Positions 26,996 through 32,000 of a stretch of 32,000 nucleotides of DNA are shown one piece after another (positions within the stretch are counted from its first letter, which is position 1; each line of letters begins with the position of its first letter). The stretch comes from Methylophaga frappieri (GTDB taxonomy: Bacteria > Pseudomonadota > Gammaproteobacteria > Nitrosococcales > Methylophagaceae): assembly GCF_000260965.1 (NCBI RefSeq), contig NC_017856.1:2430001-2462000 (forward strand), given 5' to 3'. Made by a program: the position numbers and the translations under genes. The notes under the pieces were generated by a model. That model ran no database searches, had not been told where the DNA came from, and saw nothing but the letters and a program-made list of their open reading frames with translations.

Positions 26996-27841
26996 ATGGC
27001 GACATTAATTCTTCATGGCGCAGCTTTAACACAATCTTCCGCCACGGAAATTGCTCAGCAGGTTAACGGCATCTTACGGTGGCAAGCAGAGGATGCACTG
27101 ATTGATACGCATATCATGCCAGCCGAAGTTGCGATGCTACGACAAAAGCACGACTTTGATATCAATCTGTTACCGGTTGACTTTAACGCCGCTACAGTTC
27201 GATTACTGGTGATGGATATGGATTCCACTTTAATCAGCATCGAATGTATTGACGAAATTGCAGATTGCCTTGGCCTTAAGCCGCAGGTGGCAGCCATTAC
27301 GGAAGCGGCGATGCGAGGTGAACTTGATTTTGAAGCCTCGCTACGGCAGCGGGTCCGCTTGTTGGCCGGGTTGCCGGAGGAGCGTCTGGCGTCGGTTTAC
27401 ACGGAGCGATTGCGGTTGAACCCGGGTGCAGAGAAGATGCTCACCTGGTTACAGAAAATGAATATTAAAACAGCCCTGGTATCCGGGGGGTTCACGTTTT
27501 TTACGGATAAGTTGAAACAGCGTTTGGGACTAGATTTTACCCAGGCCAATCAGTTAGGTGTAGAAGAGGGCAAATTAACGGGCGAAGTTGTGGGCAATAT
27601 TTGTGGTGCCCAAGCCAAAGCCGATTTTTTACTGGCCAGATGCCGGGAACTGGCTATTTCACCATCCCAGACTATCGCCATGGGCGATGGCGCCAATGAT
27701 TTGCTGATGATGGCAGAAGCAGGGCTAAGTATCGCTTACCATGCCAAACCCAAAGTACAACAACAAGCTGATACCGCATTCAATCATGTTGGCCTTGATG
27801 GTGTAATCAGCTTGTTGCAGAGCCAACCATCACAGGCGTAA
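26996..27841 (+). CDS. serB: phosphoserine phosphatase
   Basis: HAD motif I VMDMDSTLISIECIDE, later SGGF and GDGANDL motifs, and an N-terminal regulatory-type extension. 281 aa. Confidence 0.9.
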   Translation: MATLILHGAALTQSSATEIAQQVNGILRWQAEDALIDTHIMPAEVAMLRQKHDFDINLLPVDFNAATVRLLVMDMDSTLISIECIDEIADCLGLKPQVAAITEAAMRGELDFEASLRQRVRLLAGLPEERLASVYTERLRLNPGAEKMLTWLQKMNIKTALVSGGFTFFTDKLKQRLGLDFTQANQLGVEEGKLTGEVVGNICGAQAKADFLLARCRELAISPSQTIAMGDGANDLLMMAEAGLSIAYHAKPKVQQQADTAFNHVGLDGVISLLQSQPSQA

Positions 27842-27856
27842 TCTTGAATTAATGGT

Positions 27857-27874
27857 TGCAGATCCCCATCTGCA
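27857..27874 (+). repeat. 7-bp stem / 4-nt loop hairpin (TGCAGAT CCCC ATCTGCA) between serB and grxD
   Basis: Read directly. No U-run follows, so a terminator function is uncertain. Confidence 0.4.
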
Positions 27875-27900
27875 TAATCAATGAATAAATGAGGTTTACT

Positions 27901-28212
27901 ATGGACGTTATGGATCGCATCAAAGAAGCTATCGAAAGCAATTCGGTAATTTTATTTATGAAAGGCACCCCGGAGTTTCCGCAGTGTGGTTTTTCGAGTC
28001 GTTCCTCGCAGGCACTGGCCGCGTGTGGTTCAGAATTTGCTTATGTCAATGTACTGGCTGATCCGGATGTGCGTGCCAATTTGCATCGTTATGCAGACTG
28101 GCCAACTTTCCCACAGCTTTATATTAACGGTGAGTTGATCGGCGGTTGTGACATTATTATGGAACTGTACGAGTCTGGTGAACTCAAAAAAATGGTTGAT
28201 GCAGCGAACTGA
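27901..28212 (+). CDS. grxD: monothiol glutaredoxin (Grx4 family)
   Basis: CGFS active site in FMKGTPEFPQCGFS, plus WPTFPQLYINGELIGGCDI. GAGG RBS 6 nt before ATG 27901. Confidence 0.95.
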   Translation: MDVMDRIKEAIESNSVILFMKGTPEFPQCGFSSRSSQALAACGSEFAYVNVLADPDVRANLHRYADWPTFPQLYINGELIGGCDIIMELYESGELKKMVDAAN

Positions 28213-28220
28213 ATTTTGAT

Positions 28221-28547
28221 ATGACGGATAAATCGGTACCAGATTGGCAGGCAGGCAATGGCTTTGCTGTCGCGCCGTCCAAACCAGAACTGAAACAACC
28301 GCCTAAATATCGGGTGTTAATGTTGAATGATGACTACACCCCAATGGATTTTGTGGTTGAGGTGTTGGAAACCCTGTTTGATATGAATCGCGAACGGGCG
28401 ACGCGCACCATGCTGTTAGTCCACACTGAGGGGCAGGCGCTTTGTGGCATTTTTACATTTGAGATTGCCGAAGCGAAAGTTGAGCAGGTGAATAGTTATG
28501 CACAGCAACATGGGCATCCGTTGCAGTGTACGATGGAGCAGGAATAG
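28221..28547 (+). CDS. clpS: ATP-dependent Clp protease adaptor ClpS
   Basis: YRVLMLNDDYTPMDFVVEVL core. 108 aa. Lies immediately upstream of clpA. Confidence 0.95.
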   Translation: MTDKSVPDWQAGNGFAVAPSKPELKQPPKYRVLMLNDDYTPMDFVVEVLETLFDMNRERATRTMLLVHTEGQALCGIFTFEIAEAKVEQVNSYAQQHGHPLQCTMEQE

Positions 28548-28580
28548 TCCTGCCTGTGATGAAAAAGGTGAGATAAGGTT

Positions 28581-30836
28581 ATGTTAAGCAAAGAGTTGGA
28601 ACAGACACTCAGCCAGGCTTTTAACTATGCTCGGCAGCGTTCTCACGAATTTCTCACGGTCGAACATTTGCTGTTAGCCCTTTTGGAAAACGGACAAGCC
28701 CTTGCCGTATTGAAGGCGTGTGAAGTTGATGTCGTTGCATTGCGTCAGGATTTGACCGACTTTTTGGCTGATAATTTACCGACACTCCCGGAAGACACAG
28801 ATAGAGAAACGCAGCCGACACTTGCTTTTCAGCGAATTCTGCAGCGTGCAGTGATGCATGTGCAGTCTTCTGGCGGTGAAGAAGTCACCGGGGCCAATGT
28901 GCTGGTTTCGATTTTTTCTGAGCAGCAATCACAAGCAGTTTTCTTGTTGCAAAAACAGGACATTTCCAGATTGGATGTGGTGAATGCCATTAGCCATAAT
29001 AGTCTAGGTGAGACAGCCGCCGAGACTAAAGCTGAAAAAGCAGAAAGTGAAGAGGCGACCAATACGGAAAGTAAAAGTCCGCTGGAACTCTATGCCACGA
29101 ATTTGAACGCTGAGGCTAAATTGGGACGTATCGATCCGCTCATTGGTCGAGCGCATGAAATTGAACGCACCTTGCAGGTGTTATGCCGACGTCGGAAAAA
29201 TAATCCCTTGTTTGTTGGTGAGGCCGGGGTGGGTAAAACGGCCTTGGCAGAAGGATTGGCACGTCGAATTGTCAATGAAGATGTGCCTGACGTGTTAGAA
29301 GATGCGGTTATCTATGCGCTGGATATGGGCGCTTTGGTTGCCGGTACCAAATATCGTGGCGACTTTGAAAAGCGGCTTAAAGCATTGCTGCGTGAGATCC
29401 GACAAAAAGATCATGCGATTCTGTTTATTGACGAAATTCATACGGTGATTGGAGCGGGTAGTGCCGGGAACAGTGCCATGGATGCCGCAAACCTGTTAAA
29501 ACCGTTGTTATCCAGCGGTGAATTAAAATGCATTGGCTCAACCACGTATCAGGAATATCGCAGCATTTTTGAACATGATCGTGCCCTGGCCCGTCGATTC
29601 CAGAAAATCGATGTTCCAGAACCCTCAATTTCTGAAACCGTGGAAATTCTGAAAGGGCTGAAACCAGGACTCGAAGCGCATCACAATGTCCGCTATTCCA
29701 ATGCTGCTATCGTTCAGGCCGCGGAATTATCTGCACGACACATTAATGATCGATATCTACCTGATAAAGCCATTGATGTCTTAGATGAAGTGGGGGCGGC
29801 GCAACGTATTCTGCCTAAATCACGGCGTAAAAAAATGATTGGCGTCGGCGACGTGCAACAAATTGTTGCCAAGATTGCGCGTATTCCAGAAAAAACAGTC
29901 AGTAAAGCTGACCGAGATAGTTTACAAAATCTTGAATCCAACCTTAAACACGTTATTTTCGGTCAGGATGAGGCCATCTCTGCGCTGAGTTCATCAATCA
30001 AAATGGCGCGTTCAGGGCTTGGCCATCCAGAGAAGCCGACGGGGGCTTTCTTGTTTGCCGGACCAACGGGTGTCGGTAAGACTGAAGTGACGCGTCAGTT
30101 AGCACATATTCTAGGTGTGGATTTGATTCGTTTCGATATGTCTGAGTATATGGAAGCGCATACCGTGTCACGTTTAATTGGTGCGCCGCCAGGATATGTG
30201 GGTTTTGATCAGGGTGGGCTGCTTACTGATGCCATTATCAAACAACCTCATGCCGTATTGCTTCTGGACGAGATAGAAAAAGCGCACCCCGACGTATTTA
30301 ACTTGCTTTTGCAAGTCATGGATCACGGCACATTGACTGACAACAATGGCCGAAAAGCCGATTTCCGGCATGTGGTGCTGGTCATGACCAGCAATGCCGG
30401 TGCGCAGGAAATGAATCGTGCCAGCATCGGTTTTACCAAGCAGGAAATGCATCACACTGACGGCATGGAAGCGTTAAAACGTGCTTTCACGCCGGAGTTT
30501 CGTAACCGTCTCGATGGCATTATCCAGTTTAAACCGCTGGAAAGGGATGCCATTTTGCGGGTTGCCGACAAAGCGGTTCTCGAACTCGAAATGCTGCTGC
30601 AAGATAAACATGTGACAATAGAAATTGATAATCAGGCACGTGAGTGGCTGGCTGAGCATGGTTATGATATTCAAATGGGCGCCCGGCCCATGGCCAGACT
30701 GGTTCAGGAGAAAATCAAACGGCCACTTGCTGATGAGCTGTTGTTTGGTAAGCTCAGTGATGGTGGTCATGTCCGGGTTTGTCTTGATAATGATGAGCTC
30801 AGTCTGGAAATTATTAACGAAACAGCATCTGTCTGA
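28581..30836 (+). CDS. clpA: ATP-dependent Clp protease ATP-binding subunit ClpA
   Basis: N-domain repeats and two AAA+ modules with Walker A sequences GEAGVGKTA and GPTGVGKTE. 751 aa. Confidence 0.97.
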   Translation: MLSKELEQTLSQAFNYARQRSHEFLTVEHLLLALLENGQALAVLKACEVDVVALRQDLTDFLADNLPTLPEDTDRETQPTLAFQRILQRAVMHVQSSGGEEVTGANVLVSIFSEQQSQAVFLLQKQDISRLDVVNAISHNSLGETAAETKAEKAESEEATNTESKSPLELYATNLNAEAKLGRIDPLIGRAHEIERTLQVLCRRRKNNPLFVGEAGVGKTALAEGLARRIVNEDVPDVLEDAVIYALDMGALVAGTKYRGDFEKRLKALLREIRQKDHAILFIDEIHTVIGAGSAGNSAMDAANLLKPLLSSGELKCIGSTTYQEYRSIFEHDRALARRFQKIDVPEPSISETVEILKGLKPGLEAHHNVRYSNAAIVQAAELSARHINDRYLPDKAIDVLDEVGAAQRILPKSRRKKMIGVGDVQQIVAKIARIPEKTVSKADRDSLQNLESNLKHVIFGQDEAISALSSSIKMARSGLGHPEKPTGAFLFAGPTGVGKTEVTRQLAHILGVDLIRFDMSEYMEAHTVSRLIGAPPGYVGFDQGGLLTDAIIKQPHAVLLLDEIEKAHPDVFNLLLQVMDHGTLTDNNGRKADFRHVVLVMTSNAGAQEMNRASIGFTKQEMHHTDGMEALKRAFTPEFRNRLDGIIQFKPLERDAILRVADKAVLELEMLLQDKHVTIEIDNQAREWLAEHGYDIQMGARPMARLVQEKIKRPLADELLFGKLSDGGHVRVCLDNDELSLEIINETASV

Positions 30837-31033
30837 TTAGTTAATCTGGTGGGGAGTGAACACTCCTCGCCAAGTCCTTGTGTTACCAACGTTATTTTTT
30901 ACGTCTCACCTTAAAATGTGTAAGCAAGTTATGCACTTGTTTCACAAATACTTCACACGATGTTGTAATACGAAAGCTAACTGCTTGATCTTGCTAAAAT
31001 CAATTATAACTAATTGATAATTAAAGGTTTTAA

Positions 31034-31058
31034 TAAAATGGTCATTTTTTAACCATTT
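31034..31058. terminator. AT-rich hairpin, possible weak bidirectional terminator between convergent clpA and cobO
   Basis: AAAATGGT (31034-31041) and ACCATTTT (31051-31058) are reverse complements with a 9-nt loop, so T-runs follow the stem on both strands. The stem is AT-rich and therefore weak. Confidence 0.35.
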
Positions 31059-31116
31059 TGTGACCAAGGCAATGAATTGAATGACTTAGCGACTAACTCG
31101 GAACTTAAACACAGAC

Positions 31117-31125
31117 TTATCCACA
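31117..31125 (+). promoter_or_regulatory. perfect DnaA-box consensus TTATCCACA
   Basis: Exact 9-mer read at 31117-31125 in non-coding DNA. A 2-mismatch inverted copy TGTGAGTAA lies 6 nt downstream. A single perfect box is compatible with chance in 32 kb. Confidence 0.3.
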
Positions 31126-31166
31126 GAAAATGTGAGTAACTTCAATGCACTGTTTTGAGGCATTAT

Positions 31167-31769
31167 TTATAGCTCAACGCCTTTTTGGGCACGAATGCCA
31201 TCCCGAAAAGCATGTTTCACATCGTCGATACGACTTACCGTATCGGCAGCATCAATAATAGCAGGCGGTGCACCGCGACCCGTGATAATGACGTGTTGCA
31301 TGCTCGGTCGTTTTGCTAAGTCTTGCAGAACCAAATTGCTATGCAGATACTGCATTTTCAGCACAATGTTGAGTTCGTCGAGCAGAATCAGGTTGATGTC
31401 AGGATTGGCCAGTAAGGATTTGACAATCGCCCAGCCTTGTTCGGCTGAGCGTTTGTCTTGTTCCAGGTTTTGGGTATCCCAGGTGAAGCCATCTCCGACA
31501 ACATGGTAGGCCACCTTATCAGGGAATCGCCGATAAAAGGCTTCTTCGCCGGTGCTCATCGCACCTTTAATAAATTGAACAATACCGACGTTCATATCAT
31601 GACCCAGCGCGCGCGCCACCATCCCAAATCCAGATGAGCTTTTGCCTTTACCATTACCGGTAATACACAGCAGCAGGCCTTTATCGTTATCTGCCTGCTG
31701 GATTTGTGCATCGACAATCTGCTTTTGCTTTTGCATTCGAGCCTGATGGCGCTGTGCTTTATCGGTCAT
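31167..31769 (-). CDS. cobO: cob(I)yrinic acid a,c-diamide adenosyltransferase
   Basis: P-loop-like TGNGKGKSSSGFG and the LILLDELN and ITGRGAP motifs typical of BtuR/CobO. 200 aa. Confidence 0.93.
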   Translation of the reverse strand: MTDKAQRHQARMQKQKQIVDAQIQQADNDKGLLLCITGNGKGKSSSGFGMVARALGHDMNVGIVQFIKGAMSTGEEAFYRRFPDKVAYHVVGDGFTWDTQNLEQDKRSAEQGWAIVKSLLANPDINLILLDELNIVLKMQYLHSNLVLQDLAKRPSMQHVIITGRGAPPAIIDAADTVSRIDDVKHAFRDGIRAQKGVEL

Positions 31770-31794
31770 TTCTATGCCCGTTTCATTGCTTTTG

Positions 31795-32000
31795 TTACAG
31801 TTTTATTTCAGTGCCAATCATGGCAGTTACGCCCGCAGCCTGAAAGCCGTAGGCGGGTTCAAAATTGTGATCGGTTGCATTTTCAACTCGGCCAAACAAG
31901 CGCCATTGTGAATTGACTTGATATGAACCAGTGACATGGACAACGCTGTATCCACCCCGGTTAATACGCGCACCAACACCATCGACATCTTTTCTTGGTC
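31795..32000 (-). CDS. btuB: TonB-dependent receptor, C-terminal end only (BtuB-like); not in the supplied ORF track
   Basis: My own translation of the minus strand (codons in phase with 31801) gives ...RINRGGYSVVHVTGSYQVNSQWRLFGRVENATDHNFEPAYGFQAAGVTAMIGTEIKL with stop TAA at 31795-31797. This aligns residue-for-residue in length with the E. coli BtuB end ...[32 protein letters not shown]. It sits 25 nt upstream of cobO. Confidence 0.7.
   Translation of the reverse strand, partial: PRKDVDGVGARINRGGYSVVHVTGSYQVNSQWRLFGRVENATDHNFEPAYGFQAAGVTAMIGTEIKL

Noticed and set aside
27875-27900. Fur-box-like AT-rich stretch (ATAATCAATGAATAAAT) upstream of grxD.
   Set aside because: It is a poor match to the GATAATGATAATCATTATC 19-mer or the 7-1-7 model when aligned, and probably just the AT-rich promoter/RBS region.
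30853-30866. GGAGT-GAAC-ACTCC hairpin just after the clpA stop, considered as the clpA terminator.
   Set aside because: The stem is only 5-6 bp and no U-tract follows, so it is not a credible intrinsic terminator by itself.
30837-31166. oriC or dif hypothesis for the AT-rich clpA-cobO spacer.
   Set aside because: There is only one perfect DnaA box, and a perfect 9-mer is expected about 0.2 times by chance in 32 kb on both strands. There is a single GATC (30987-30990), no AT-rich 13-mer array, and no dnaA, dnaN or gidA nearby. I found no convincing match to the 28-bp XerCD dif consensus.
1-32000. Search by eye for CRISPR repeats, IS/transposase or integrase genes, tRNA/rRNA genes, prophage or defence-island genes.
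   Set aside because: None were found. All ORFs over about 100 aa are accounted for by the features listed, and no regularly spaced repeats were seen.

Overview
This window looks like core chromosome from a Gammaproteobacteria-like genome. That assignment is inferred only from gene content and synteny: glyA-nrdR-ribD-ribE-ribB, pcnB-folK-panBCD, clpS-clpA and btuB-cobO. I call 35 protein-coding genes, two of them cut by the window edges, which leaves only two sizeable non-coding gaps (25896-26388 and 30837-31166). I recognised no rRNA, tRNA, CRISPR array, transposase, integrase, phage gene or toxin-antitoxin/defence signature. I do not see a clear-cut novel multi-gene system here, because nearly everything is recognisable housekeeping. 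The leads most worth a second look, all of modest strength, are:
(1) An OlsF-like bifunctional aminolipid acyltransferase sits next to a translationally coupled yeeZ-ychJ pair of unknown function and a PagP-like outer-membrane protein. Together these could form an envelope-lipid remodelling neighbourhood.
(2) A deoxynucleoside-kinase-like P-loop protein with degenerate substrate motifs is embedded by ATGA overlaps between folK and panB.
(3) A K+-dependent-type membrane pyrophosphatase is transcribed divergently from soluble ppa across an unexplained 493-bp spacer.
(4) A 330-bp AT-rich spacer lies between convergent clpA and cobO and carries a perfect DnaA box and AT palindromes.
(5) The rib operon ends in a RibB fusion whose GTP-cyclohydrolase-II domain lacks its zinc cysteines. 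It runs straight into lpxB-rnhB instead of the usual ribH-nusB.
(6) A membrane-anchored retropepsin-like protease and a bacterial MIF-family tautomerase are also present.
All family assignments come from motif recognition by eye, and no database search was run.
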